A stretch of 64,000 nt of DNA, taken from positions 31,433-95,432 of the forward strand of contig JBJKPR010000002.1 in NCBI GenBank assembly GCA_046706185.1. Reading direction: 5' to 3'. Origin of the DNA: Candidatus Sysuiplasmataceae archaeon (GTDB lineage: Archaea > Thermoplasmatota > Thermoplasmata > Sysuiplasmatales > Sysuiplasmataceae). Positions 9,695-19,086 of this stretch are shown here, piece by piece. How positions within the stretch are numbered: the first letter of the stretch is position 1; every line of letters begins with the position of its first letter. The notes beneath the pieces are model-generated. The model was given only the letters and a program-made list of their open reading frames with translations. It had not been told where the DNA came from and did not search any database. The translations under genes were made by a program, and so were the position numbers.

Positions 9695-10330
9695 TTGAAA
9701 AGGCCAGACATCACGGTCAACTGCGCCGCTTCGATTGACGGAAAAATCTCCACAGCCCGAAGGAAGATGATCGGCATTTCGGACGAGGCAGACTTGAGAA
9801 GGGTGATGAAGCTAAGGGGGGAGCATAGTGCAATTGCGGTGGGCATCGGGACTATACTTGCTGACGATCCTTCTCTCACGCTCAGGGGAGAGGAAAGTGG
9901 AGGGCAGCAGCCAGCAAAAGTAGTGTTTGACTCAGACGGCAGAACACCGGCCACAGCGAGGGTGCTCAAAGGCGGTGCGACATACATAGTTACATCATCG
10001 TCGTGCAGGAAGCGCGTCGGGAGAGCCGTGATGCTCAGATGCGGAGCGAAAAAGGTGGACATCCCCCGTGCTCTGGAGATGCTCTACGACAGAGGGATAA
10101 GGTCAATGCTCGTAGAGGGGGGAGGAGAGATCATTTTCGAGCTTGCAAGGTTGCATATGATAGACAGGCTGTCGGTATATATTTCGCCCGTCATAATAGG
10201 TGGCAGAAGCGCTCCGACCATTGCAGACGGCAGGGGATTTGAGAGCGAGGCGGACTTTGCGAGGTTCAGGCTGCTTTCTGCGGGCGTGTTCGGTGATGGT
10301 GTTCTTGCCGAATATGAGAGGGCGGACTGA
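9695..10330 (+). CDS. 2,5-diamino-6-ribosylamino-4(3H)-pyrimidinone 5'-phosphate reductase (archaeal RibD-C / RibG-type reductase)
   Basis: DHFR-like RibD C-terminal domain (ITVNCAASIDGKI...LVEGGGEI). Confidence 0.7.
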   Translation: MKRPDITVNCAASIDGKISTARRKMIGISDEADLRRVMKLRGEHSAIAVGIGTILADDPSLTLRGEESGGQQPAKVVFDSDGRTPATARVLKGGATYIVTSSSCRKRVGRAVMLRCGAKKVDIPRALEMLYDRGIRSMLVEGGGEIIFELARLHMIDRLSVYISPVIIGGRSAPTIADGRGFESEADFARFRLLSAGVFGDGVLAEYERAD

Positions 10331-10342
10331 AAAGAGGGTGGC

Positions 10343-10831
10343 TTGCCAGTGACGACGGGCACGGAGGCTGAACAGGACAGGATCAGGTTCATTGCGGACA
10401 ATATGCTCGGCAGGCTCGCAAGATGGCTCAGGATAATGGGATACGACACGGTCTATGTCAGGTCTGGAGAGGACAGCGAGATAATACGCATCTCGGAATC
10501 TGAGAACAGGGTAATACTCACCAGGGACAGGCAGATGATGATGAGAAGGGGCGTCAATGCATTCTTCATCGAGGAGATACAGACTGAGAAACAGCTGGAT
10601 AGTGTTACAGCACGGTTCAACCTCCCTTTCAGGGAGGACGCCATGAGATGCAGCTTCTGCAACGGGCAGCTGCACCGGAGGGGAAAGGAGGAATTGAAGG
10701 ATATTGTCCCTGAGGGGGTGTTTGAAAGAAATGAACTCTTCTATCAGTGCACTTCGTGCATGAAGGTATACTGGCGCGGGTCACACTGGAAAAGGATAGA
10801 GCAGGTTATTGAGAGAGCCACGAGTCACTGA
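10343..10831 (+). CDS. Mut7-C RNase domain protein (DUF82, PIN-like) with C-terminal zinc ribbon
   Basis: RFIADNMLGRLARWLRIMGYDT signature of DUF82. Terminal CSFCNGQL...CTSC zinc ribbon. Confidence 0.65.
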   Translation: MPVTTGTEAEQDRIRFIADNMLGRLARWLRIMGYDTVYVRSGEDSEIIRISESENRVILTRDRQMMMRRGVNAFFIEEIQTEKQLDSVTARFNLPFREDAMRCSFCNGQLHRRGKEELKDIVPEGVFERNELFYQCTSCMKVYWRGSHWKRIEQVIERATSH

Positions 10832-10928
10832 AGCAAACGGCACCCAGGCCAAGAAAGGAGTGGTGAACAGTTTATGTGGTCAGGCCGTATGGGCTGACTG
10901 TCACTAGCTGACGGGGCAGAGACTGAAG

Positions 10929-11345
10929 ATGAGACGTGAAGCACTGAGGTACTTCGCCGTTGCCATGATGATCGCAGCGGCGGCGTTCATCGCTTTCGGT
11001 GTTGCAGACGGACGGCTTCACATCGGTTTCCTCCTGATCATACCAATCATATACGGAAGCGGTGCCGAAGCAGTCGCTCCAGCGCTTCTTGTCTTTCTTG
11101 CCTTTGTGCTCTTTGCCATTTCTTCAACAGGAGGCCAGGAGGGGGAAGCAGGGACGGGCTACAACCGGCAGCAGGACACGGTCCGGGAGACAGCAAAGAC
11201 GAGGAGGGCTTTTGGAGGGGTCATCTTCATTGGGCCGGTGCCCATCGTGTTCGGGAGCGACAGGAGAATAACAGGCTACATGATTGTGGCAGCCGTCGTG
11301 ATACTGATCCTGCTGCTGATCGCGTTCTTTGCCGGACTATTCTGA
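10929..11345 (+). CDS. small integral membrane protein (DUF131/TIGR00304-like)
   Basis: Two to three hydrophobic helices around a Gly-rich loop. Confidence 0.35.
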   Translation: MRREALRYFAVAMMIAAAAFIAFGVADGRLHIGFLLIIPIIYGSGAEAVAPALLVFLAFVLFAISSTGGQEGEAGTGYNRQQDTVRETAKTRRAFGGVIFIGPVPIVFGSDRRITGYMIVAAVVILILLLIAFFAGLF

Positions 11346-11549
11346 AATCAGCTCGCTGGCCGCTTCCTCGAGGGAGATGGACTTCTCCCTTGCCCTTTCC
11401 CTTATGGCACTCATTGCCTCGACATAGTCCGAAAAAGCAAGGTGCTTGCGCCGGACCGCCTTGCCGAAAGTCCTTTCGAATGTTTCATCATATCTCCTGT
11501 TCTTCAGTGCCATTTGAACGGCATCTGCTACTTCCTTCTTGATTTCCAC
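11337..11549 (-). CDS. hypothetical 70-aa helical protein
   Basis: ORF overlaps the 3' end of the GMP synthase subunit A gene by 22 nt, with charged helical composition. No family recognised. Confidence 0.25.
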   Translation of the reverse strand: MEIKKEVADAVQMALKNRRYDETFERTFGKAVRRKHLAFSDYVEAMSAIRERAREKSISLEEAASELISE

Positions 11550-12157
11550 TCGGCCACCTTCCGCAGGAAATTCCGGAAGATTTCAACACCGTGTTCTGTC
11601 TCATCGACTTCTGGATGAAACTGGAGGCTGAATATCGGTCTTGTTTCCGACATCATCGCCTCCACGGGGCAGTCTTCTGTGCCAGCAAGCACCTTGAAAC
11701 CAGGCGGGGCTTTCTTCACCTCGTCCCTGTGTGATTCCCATACCCTGAACCTGCCTGGCAGACCAGCAAGTACGCCCTCGCCGTGAAAGACCGTCAGGTT
11801 CGCCTTCCCGAATTCGGAGCTGCTGCCCCGGCCAGTAAGTCCGCCAAAGTGATGTGCTATGAAGTGATGGCCAACGCAAATACCAAGCACAGGCTTGTCC
11901 ATACTGTCAAGGTACTGCGAGGAGAGCCCCATCTTTTCTGGTTCCAGTCCCACACTTGGAGAGCCGCCGCTGAGCACCAGGCCGTCCGCATCTGCTATAT
12001 CTGCAACTGGAACGGTGTTCGGAACGATGCTGACGTGCGCACCAAGATCCCTTATTACGCGGTACTCCCTGTGAGTCCACTGCCCCCCATTGTCAATCAC
12101 ATAAATCTGAAGGCCCGAAAAATCATCTTCGACCATGTATGCCTTCGCATCCGCCAC
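11528..12157 (-). CDS. guaA: GMP synthase [glutamine-hydrolysing] subunit A (class I glutamine amidotransferase)
   Basis: GICVGHH catalytic Cys and HPE triad motif. 209 aa, the stand-alone GATase typical of the archaeal two-subunit enzyme. Confidence 0.85.
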   Translation of the reverse strand: MADAKAYMVEDDFSGLQIYVIDNGGQWTHREYRVIRDLGAHVSIVPNTVPVADIADADGLVLSGGSPSVGLEPEKMGLSSQYLDSMDKPVLGICVGHHFIAHHFGGLTGRGSSSEFGKANLTVFHGEGVLAGLPGRFRVWESHRDEVKKAPPGFKVLAGTEDCPVEAMMSETRPIFSLQFHPEVDETEHGVEIFRNFLRKVAEWKSRRK

Positions 12158-12281
12158 TGTGTTAATTAAGCTTCTCCCACCGGGAATGCAAGGGGGACTG
12201 CCCCAGCAGTCAGCGTAACCGGCAGGGGGAAGACTGAAGTATAAAGTATGTAGTGAGACAATTTACTCCGGTAGTGGTAAT

Positions 12282-12626
12282 TTGCCCGAAGACATTATTT
12301 CCAAGCTCACCAGAGAATCAGGCAGGCTCATCGACACCGAGGGGCTGTTCATACAGGCAATGCAGGACATAGTGAAGGACGAGATCAAGAAGAAGGTCTA
12401 CTCGAGAATAGACAGGGACCCCAAGATCAAGGAGCAGATCAGGATTGCAGTAGAGGATCTTGTGGAAGCAAGGATAAAGGAGACATACGCACTCATGAGG
12501 CTTGGAAAGATAGCCGCAAGGGTCGGGCTGGAGCTCATTCCGGGGGACCTGAAGGAAGACGTTGCAAAGGAGTTCACTTCAATACTCGAAAGGGAAATAA
12601 CCGAGATATTCCAGAAGATATCCTGA
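12282..12626 (+). CDS. hypothetical protein (helical, charged)
   Basis: TTG-start ORF with protein-like composition. No family recognised. Confidence 0.3.
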   Translation: MPEDIISKLTRESGRLIDTEGLFIQAMQDIVKDEIKKKVYSRIDRDPKIKEQIRIAVEDLVEARIKETYALMRLGKIAARVGLELIPGDLKEDVAKEFTSILEREITEIFQKIS

Positions 12627-12753
12627 GCCGGATGAAGAACTGATTTCATTCACAGGCAACACCCTCTCCCGTACTAGTGACTTCAGACATTATTTTATTG
12701 CCCGTCCACCATTGAAGAACCCTGAAGGACGAAAGGGATGTGACGGTGCTGTA

Positions 12754-13992
12754 ATGAACAAGGAACTGGCTGAAAAAGGAAAGAGAAGGATTGAATGGGC
12801 CAAGGCGCACATGAAGGTACTCGCCATCGCGGCCGAAGAACTCAGGAAAAAAGGAGACCTGAAGGGGCTGAAGATAGGGATGGCGTTGCATGTCGAGGCG
12901 AAGACTGCCTGCCTTGCGCTGGCCCTCAGGGATGCAGGAGCTGAAGTCAGGCTGGCGAGTTGCAACCCCCTGTCAACGGATGATTCTGTGAGCGAAGCAC
13001 TCAATTCTCTCTACGGCCTCCCCACCTTTGCAAGGAGAGGGGAGACGGGCGAGGAATACTACAGGAACCTTGGAAGTGTGCTCGAGATCAGACCGGACAT
13101 AGTGATAGATGACGGAGCAGACCTCATAACTCTTCTGCACCTCGAGAGAAAGGACCTGATTTCAGGAGTGATAGGAGGGAATGAGGAGACAACGACAGGT
13201 GTTGTGAGGCTCAGGGCGATGGAGGCGGACGGCAAGCTTGAGTTTCCTGTAATCGCGGTCAACGATGCATACATGAAATACCTGTTCGACAACAGATACG
13301 GAACAGGGCAGTCAACGCTTGACGGAATCATGTCTGCCACCAACCTTCTTCTTGCGGGCAAAAAGATTGTTGTTGCCGGATACGGCTGGTGCGGCAGGGG
13401 GATAGCCAACAAGGCACGTGGAATGGGCGGCGTTGTGACGGTGACAGAAGTCGACCCGGTCAAAGCCATAGAGGCTGTGATGGACGGCTTCACTGTCGGA
13501 AGGATGGATGATGTGATAGCGGATGCCGATTTTGTGATAACGGCCACCGGTGACAGGGACATAGTGACATATGAAAAAGCTCTGAAGGCCAAGGACGGAT
13601 GTGTGATGGCCAATTCAGGTCATTTCAATCTTGAGATAGATGTCGAGACAATAAGAGCAAAGTCCAAAGTCACCAACGCCAGGGAATATGTAGAGGAGTT
13701 CAGGCTCGACAACGGGAAGAAAATCTACATACTCGCTGACGGAAGGCTCGTGAACCTGGCAGCAGGTCAGGGGCACCCTGCAGAGATAATGGATATGAGC
13801 TTCACGATGCAGGCACTTGCAGCCGATTTCCTTGCCACAGAGGGAAAGAAGCTGAAACCAGGCGTCCACATTCTGCCGAGGAAGCTGGATACGGACATTG
13901 CGATGATGAAGCTAAGGACACTTGGCGTGAGAATAGATGAACTCACTGAAACGCAGAAGAAGTATCTTGCATCGTGGAATGAAGGCACATGA
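12754..13992 (+). CDS. ahcY: S-adenosyl-L-homocysteine hydrolase (adenosylhomocysteinase)
   Basis: LHVEAKTA, SCNPLSTDD and GYGWCGRG (NAD-binding) motifs. Archaeal-length enzyme (412 aa from the ATG at 12754). Confidence 0.9.
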   Translation: MNKELAEKGKRRIEWAKAHMKVLAIAAEELRKKGDLKGLKIGMALHVEAKTACLALALRDAGAEVRLASCNPLSTDDSVSEALNSLYGLPTFARRGETGEEYYRNLGSVLEIRPDIVIDDGADLITLLHLERKDLISGVIGGNEETTTGVVRLRAMEADGKLEFPVIAVNDAYMKYLFDNRYGTGQSTLDGIMSATNLLLAGKKIVVAGYGWCGRGIANKARGMGGVVTVTEVDPVKAIEAVMDGFTVGRMDDVIADADFVITATGDRDIVTYEKALKAKDGCVMANSGHFNLEIDVETIRAKSKVTNAREYVEEFRLDNGKKIYILADGRLVNLAAGQGHPAEIMDMSFTMQALAADFLATEGKKLKPGVHILPRKLDTDIAMMKLRTLGVRIDELTETQKKYLASWNEGT

Positions 13993-14927
13993 CAGAAGGC
14001 TGGAAACGGCTGACAGCAAGGCACAGGACCAGCAACTTCCTTACTGTGCTCGGCCACATAAATGTGGATGTAGTGTACGAGCTCAGCAGGTTCCCAGTCA
14101 AGGGGCAGTCCATAAACACCGGAACCGTCAGTGAGCACTTCGGTGGAACTGCGGGAAACATAGCGCTCCATGCATCTGCACTCGGGTTGAAAACGGCAAT
14201 TGGATGCTATGTCGGAGAAGATTTCAGTCCCGAGTTCAGGAAACTGCTATTAAGCTCCGGTGTTGACTGCTATGACGTTATAGTTGTGGAAAGGGAAAGA
14301 ACGCCCAGGTGCCATGTTTTCAATACGCCCGAAGGGGAGCAGACATACATCATTGAACAGGGAGCAATGGCAAGCAACAAGGAGCTGCCTCTCTGGGAAA
14401 AATCTGTAGACAGCTGCATAGTCGCGCATGTTGCTACCGGTGATCCTGACAGGTATCTCAGGGCCGTCCGGGGAAGGCGGTATTCCTTCGACCCGGGACA
14501 GGAGATAAACTACAGGTACACGCCAAGAAAGTTCAGAATGCTCCTCGAAGATGCTGAAACATTCTTCACCAATGCGGTTGAAATGAGGATGGCGCTTAAG
14601 CTCACGGGTGCAAAGAATGAAAAGGAAATTGTGAAGCACTGCGGCATGGTAATAAAGACGGAGGGAGAAAAGGGAACAGTTGTAATACAACGGGATGGCA
14701 GAACAACGGTCCCGCCATGCAAGGTGAGGAAGTATGTTGACACCATCGGTGCGGGAGATGCGTTCAGGGCCGGTTACTACGCTTCCCTGGAGAAGGGGCA
14801 TGGCTTGATTGAGTGTGTTGAATTCGGAAACGCTATGGCATCGATCGCAATAGAGGGCGCGGGCGGCACGGGTGCCAGAGCAACCTACAGGCAACTTGAA
14901 GAAAGGTGGAAGGAAAACTACCGCTGA
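13989..14927 (+). CDS. PfkB-family ribokinase-like kinase, likely adenosine/nucleoside kinase
   Basis: DTIGAGDAFRAG PfkB signature. Overlaps the ahcY stop (ATGA). The functional guess rests on the adenosine-producing neighbour. Confidence 0.65.
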   Translation: MTEGWKRLTARHRTSNFLTVLGHINVDVVYELSRFPVKGQSINTGTVSEHFGGTAGNIALHASALGLKTAIGCYVGEDFSPEFRKLLLSSGVDCYDVIVVERERTPRCHVFNTPEGEQTYIIEQGAMASNKELPLWEKSVDSCIVAHVATGDPDRYLRAVRGRRYSFDPGQEINYRYTPRKFRMLLEDAETFFTNAVEMRMALKLTGAKNEKEIVKHCGMVIKTEGEKGTVVIQRDGRTTVPPCKVRKYVDTIGAGDAFRAGYYASLEKGHGLIECVEFGNAMASIAIEGAGGTGARATYRQLEERWKENYR

Positions 14928-15031
14928 CACGTAACTAACAGTTTCTCATCCGCTCATTTCAAAAAACATCCAGCTGCCGCAGACACCGGTCTTCGTGATT
15001 GATTTGAAGCCGGTCCGCGACGGATGCCGGG

Positions 15032-16609
15032 TCAGAGAGAAAACTCCCGCCGGACGATGCAGCGGCCACCTGTTGTGTCGCTCACAGTTGCGGTGGCAAC
15101 GCACCTGCCCTTGAGTCCTGTCTTCAGCAATGCTGTTCCAGAGTGCATTTCAGCAAAGTCCGCCGCTGCCTTTTTTCTGGTTAGGCCGGGGAATTCCAGC
15201 TCTATGCGGGCAAGCATGAGAATGCCGCTGCCTGAAGAGTAAGCCCGCAGTGTCACTGTGGAGCAGCAGTTTGAAGAGGAGGCGTCCAGTGAGGCGACGG
15301 GCGGAAGAAGGAGCCTGAGGCACTTACCGGAGTGCCCGAAATCGTCAAATGGGGAGGACACGATTTCGGCAGGTATGTGATATGTGCATCCGTTGAACTT
15401 CAGGGTGTAGGCGGCTTTGCACGTGCCCTTACTCTGTCCAACGCCCGTGGGTACATCCGCTTTGTAAATACCTTCAAGTAAACTGCGACCGTCATTGCAG
15501 CTCTCCATCCCTGGCGATTCCGCGAGACCGAGCGCGGCGGAAGGGGTCGTGCGTGGTGCATTGCGCTCAGGCGAACCAATGCGACTGCCGGCTATGCATG
15601 CGGTGAGCAGCCTCGGTTCCACAAAATCCCTCGGGCACCTTTCCTTCTTCAAACGTTTCAAAGTTGTGTTTATTGCGACCTCATTGCTGTCCGCGGCAAC
15701 CCATTTCCTTCCGAGAGACGATGCAACCACCGCGGTTGTTCCGCTGCCGCAGAAGAAATCAGCAACAGTATCACCGTCTGAGGAGGAGGCTTTTATTATT
15801 GTCTCAAGCAGCCTGACAGGTTTCTGGGTTGGATATCCAACTCTCTCCTTCGCCTGGCTGTTGATGATCGGTATATCCCAGACATCTTCCCTGACCTTTC
15901 CAAGAGAATGCAGCTTCGTCCGTCTGCCAAACGACACTATCCCCCTTTCGCCCTGGCTGATTGTCCCTCTGCTGTATTCCATCCTCACGGCATCAACGTT
16001 GAACTTGTGTTTTCCTGTACTCTTTGCGTACAGGAGTATTGTGTCGTGCTTTTTCTTGAACCTGTCCCTTACTGTGCCGCCAGGGTCCCTGTAATGCCAA
16101 ATGACTTCATTCAGGAAGTTGCCGTAGCCGAATATGCTGTCAGCCAGTACCTTGACGTAGTGTGATGCATGCCAGTCAATATGAATGTAAATGCTGCCGC
16201 TGTCTTTCAGAAGCCGCCTCATCTCCATGAGCCTCGGCCTCAGCCAGGCAATGTAACCGTCCAGTCCGTCATACCATACATCGCTGAAAACAGGTTTTCC
16301 ATCCTCCCTGTAAAGATGATTGAATTCCCTGTTTGTGAAGAAGGGCGGATCTGCGTAGATTAGCTGAATGCAGCTGCCGGGAAGGGCCCGCATTGCGGCC
16401 AGGTTTTCGCCCCATATGAGCATGTTCGCGTCTCCAACCCCGCCACCAAACCTCTGTCCGTTTTCAAGCAGTGGTACGGAAGCAAAGGGCGAAACGTCCA
16501 GAGTATCCAGCGCGTTTCTTTCAGGAGCAGGGGCGGTTTTACGTGGCTTCACACTATAGCTTCCGCCCGACTGTTTCATCTGCAGCACCTTCTTTTCAAT
16601 GCACGGCAC
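15032..16609 (-). CDS. beta-class N6-adenine/N4-cytosine DNA methyltransferase with an uncharacterised ~180-aa C-terminal domain
   Basis: Motif IV DPPF (IYADPPFF) lies N-terminal to motif I FxGxG (FFCGSGTT). This is the permuted order of beta-class amino-MTases. No adjacent restriction endonuclease was found. Confidence 0.8.
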   Translation of the reverse strand: MPCIEKKVLQMKQSGGSYSVKPRKTAPAPERNALDTLDVSPFASVPLLENGQRFGGGVGDANMLIWGENLAAMRALPGSCIQLIYADPPFFTNREFNHLYREDGKPVFSDVWYDGLDGYIAWLRPRLMEMRRLLKDSGSIYIHIDWHASHYVKVLADSIFGYGNFLNEVIWHYRDPGGTVRDRFKKKHDTILLYAKSTGKHKFNVDAVRMEYSRGTISQGERGIVSFGRRTKLHSLGKVREDVWDIPIINSQAKERVGYPTQKPVRLLETIIKASSSDGDTVADFFCGSGTTAVVASSLGRKWVAADSNEVAINTTLKRLKKERCPRDFVEPRLLTACIAGSRIGSPERNAPRTTPSAALGLAESPGMESCNDGRSLLEGIYKADVPTGVGQSKGTCKAAYTLKFNGCTYHIPAEIVSSPFDDFGHSGKCLRLLLPPVASLDASSSNCCSTVTLRAYSSGSGILMLARIELEFPGLTRKKAAADFAEMHSGTALLKTGLKGRCVATATVSDTTGGRCIVRREFSL

Positions 16610-16759
16610 CCCGTAATCAATTCACTCCTCGCTACACACAACTGGCTCCGCTTATTTTCGTCTTTTGCGGGTTGGACCCCATCTCATATGTTGCGTGAAT
16701 TGAATAACAACGATATAATTAAGAACAGTACAACAGTTACACATCACGAGGCGAAGTTG

Positions 16760-16993
16760 ATGGCTGTCGGGTTCGTCCTTATAAGCACAGCGCCAGCGAA
16801 AGAACATGAAGTCTACAACGAATTGCTCAAAGTCAAGGAAATCGTTGAACTTCACCCTCTCTTCGGCGAATATGACCTAATAGCGAAGATTGAGGCAGAG
16901 GACTTCAACCTGCTCGGCCAGGTGGTTGTTGACAAGGTAAGGGCAGTCCCAGGTGTCATTGATACCAAGACGTTGACCGGGATAAAGTTTTAA
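16760..16993 (+). CDS. stand-alone Lrp/AsnC-type RAM (ligand-binding) domain protein
   Basis: About 77 aa with the beta-alpha-beta-beta-alpha-beta pattern (EVYNELLKVKEIVELHPLFGEYDLIAKIEA). No HTH present. Confidence 0.5.
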   Translation: MAVGFVLISTAPAKEHEVYNELLKVKEIVELHPLFGEYDLIAKIEAEDFNLLGQVVVDKVRAVPGVIDTKTLTGIKF

Positions 16994-17025
16994 GTATCAA
17001 TCTAATTTCAGGGGTTGGAAAGTAA

Positions 17026-17370
17026 ATGATGCTAGAAGGGATTTTTTTTCTTGCGCAGACAAATGCGATTCCGACTGAGAACGCGGGCAATTTCATAACA
17101 ATACTGCTGCTTACGTTCAGCATCTTCATGATACTTGCAGGCGCGTTTACTTCTTACTTCGGGACAGGCAAGAGCAGGGCGGTGGGTGCAGTGCTGCTTG
17201 TCGTCGGCATCATAGTGGCAGTTGCGTGGCTGTTTGTGGCCAACTATTACAGTTACACTACGCCGGGGCTGGCCGATGTCATATGGGGAGCCTTCCTCAG
17301 TATAGTCGCAGCCATAATAGGCGCAGTGATAGCGGTGCTCGTCTTCCTTCTTGCCATAATGAAGACATGA
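17026..17370 (+). CDS. small integral membrane protein
   Basis: Three predicted TM helices. Follows 32 bp after the RAM-domain gene. Confidence 0.4.
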   Translation: MMLEGIFFLAQTNAIPTENAGNFITILLLTFSIFMILAGAFTSYFGTGKSRAVGAVLLVVGIIVAVAWLFVANYYSYTTPGLADVIWGAFLSIVAAIIGAVIAVLVFLLAIMKT

Positions 17371-17439
17371 GGTACTTGTTGGAACCACCGACAGTTATTA
17401 GTCAGCCTACCTCTTCGAGTCTGCTGCCAGTGGTAGGAA

Positions 17440-18387
17440 ATGGACGCCCAGAAGTTCGTTGAAGGACAGAAAGGTGACATAGCCTCGAAGGTGAGGGGAA
17501 GGGCGATAGTTGCTCTTTCCGGAGGTGTTGACAGCACTGTAGCAGCCGTCATAGTCAATGAGGCGATAGGTGAAAGACTCCTGGCAGTCTATGTCGATAC
17601 GGGCTTCATGCGGAAGGGGGAAACCGAGAGCCTCTCCTCCATGTTTGAGAAACTGGGGCTGAACTTCAGGATCGTCCATGCGTCAGACCTTTTTTTTGCC
17701 GCGCTGGAAGGCATTGAGGACGCTGAAAGAAAGAGGGAGATCATAGGGAGGAAATTCATCGAGGTATTTGAAAAGGAAGCCCAGGACTTCGGGGCTGAAT
17801 ATCTCGTTCAGGGGACAATTGCTCCCGACTGGATTGAAAGTGGCGGATCGCTCAGGGACAGGATAAAGTCGCACCATAACGTTGCAGGTCTTCCACCTGA
17901 AATGAAGCTTGAGCTCGTTGAGCCATTGAGGGATCTTTACAAGGATGAAGTCAGAGCCGTGGCGAGATACCTCGGAGTCGCAGTGGCTGAGAGACAGCCA
18001 TTTCCCGGACCAGGGCTGGCTGTCAGGGTCCTCGGCAAGCTGACAAGAGAAGACGTGGAGATAGAGCGTGAAGCTTGCGCGATCGTCGAGGAAGAGATAG
18101 AGAGGTACCATGCGGAAGGTAAAATCGGAGCGCTTCCCTGGCAGTACTTTGCTGTCCTGGCACCGGTCAGGAGCGTGGGAGTCCAGGGGGACGTGAGGGC
18201 GTTCGGACGGACTATCGTGGTAAGGGCGGTAATGTCAAAGGATGCGATGACTGCAAGGTTCTCCGACCTCCCGCATGAGCTGCTGGAAAACATATCCACC
18301 AGGATCACCAACAGACTAGGCTCTTCAGTAACAAGGGTAGTCTACGACGTGACAAACAAGCCTCCTGCAACGATCGAATGGGAATAA
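17440..18387 (+). CDS. guaA: GMP synthase subunit B (ATP pyrophosphatase)
   Basis: PP-loop SGGVDSTV and C-terminal GMP-synthase dimerisation domain. Confidence 0.9.
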   Translation: MDAQKFVEGQKGDIASKVRGRAIVALSGGVDSTVAAVIVNEAIGERLLAVYVDTGFMRKGETESLSSMFEKLGLNFRIVHASDLFFAALEGIEDAERKREIIGRKFIEVFEKEAQDFGAEYLVQGTIAPDWIESGGSLRDRIKSHHNVAGLPPEMKLELVEPLRDLYKDEVRAVARYLGVAVAERQPFPGPGLAVRVLGKLTREDVEIEREACAIVEEEIERYHAEGKIGALPWQYFAVLAPVRSVGVQGDVRAFGRTIVVRAVMSKDAMTARFSDLPHELLENISTRITNRLGSSVTRVVYDVTNKPPATIEWE

Positions 18388-19086
18388 TCAGACATACCTT
18401 GTAATTTCTGAAAGGACCTTGTCGCATACAGCATTTGACGAACCCTGGTCATAGTCGTGCTCCGGCATGAATACGTTAGCAAAGCCGAGGCGGTTCAATA
18501 TATCCATCTCTCGGGGGATGCCTGTAAGGACGAGTGTTTCGGGCGCAGCCACTTCAAGGTTGCTGAGGGAATATCTGAAGGGACGTGCGTGCGGCCTGAC
18601 CATTCCATTTTCGGATGAAAATTGAGCATCGTCGATGTAGCCGCCCATACCTGACCTTTCAGTCACAACCCTGATGTGTTGAGGCGGTATTCCAACGGGT
18701 GCGTTGCACACCATTCCAACTTTAATTCCGGCTTCCTTGAAATTCTTCATCAGTTCGGAACATGAATGGACTGGCGAGAACTGAGCCATTCTGCTGACGG
18801 CCACAATCTCAACCATCGCGGAAATGAGCGTAGGTGCCTCGATTTCAAGCTCCTCGAGCACTTCAGCCACAACTGCGTCAAGGGTGGTTTCGACCCTTGT
18901 CCTGGCTATACGCTCAGCCCTTTTGTCCATGTGAGCATTGAAGAGATAGGATAACCTGGCGGTGCCCACATCGTGGCCCTCTGCCTCGAGCAACCTCGTG
19001 AGCGAGGAAATGTCAGCGGGCGGAATGGAGGAGTCTGTATGCGGCCCCCTGAACATGATTTCGTAACCGACGATCAGCCCTTTCAC
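18388..19086 (-). CDS. hypothetical protein (possible HAD-like fold; catalytic DxD not evident)
   Basis: 232-aa ORF with good coding composition. Convergent with the GMP synthase subunit B gene. Confidence 0.35.
   Translation of the reverse strand: MKGLIVGYEIMFRGPHTDSSIPPADISSLTRLLEAEGHDVGTARLSYLFNAHMDKRAERIARTRVETTLDAVVAEVLEELEIEAPTLISAMVEIVAVSRMAQFSPVHSCSELMKNFKEAGIKVGMVCNAPVGIPPQHIRVVTERSGMGGYIDDAQFSSENGMVRPHARPFRYSLSNLEVAAPETLVLTGIPREMDILNRLGFANVFMPEHDYDQGSSNAVCDKVLSEITRYV

Noticed and set aside
13059-13613. 184-aa ORF on the minus strand
   Set aside because: Antisense to ahcY, which is unambiguous.
14250-14930. 226-aa ORF on the minus strand
   Set aside because: Antisense to the PfkB kinase gene. 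No recognisable motifs, and Ser/Cys/Arg-rich composition typical of a shadow ORF.
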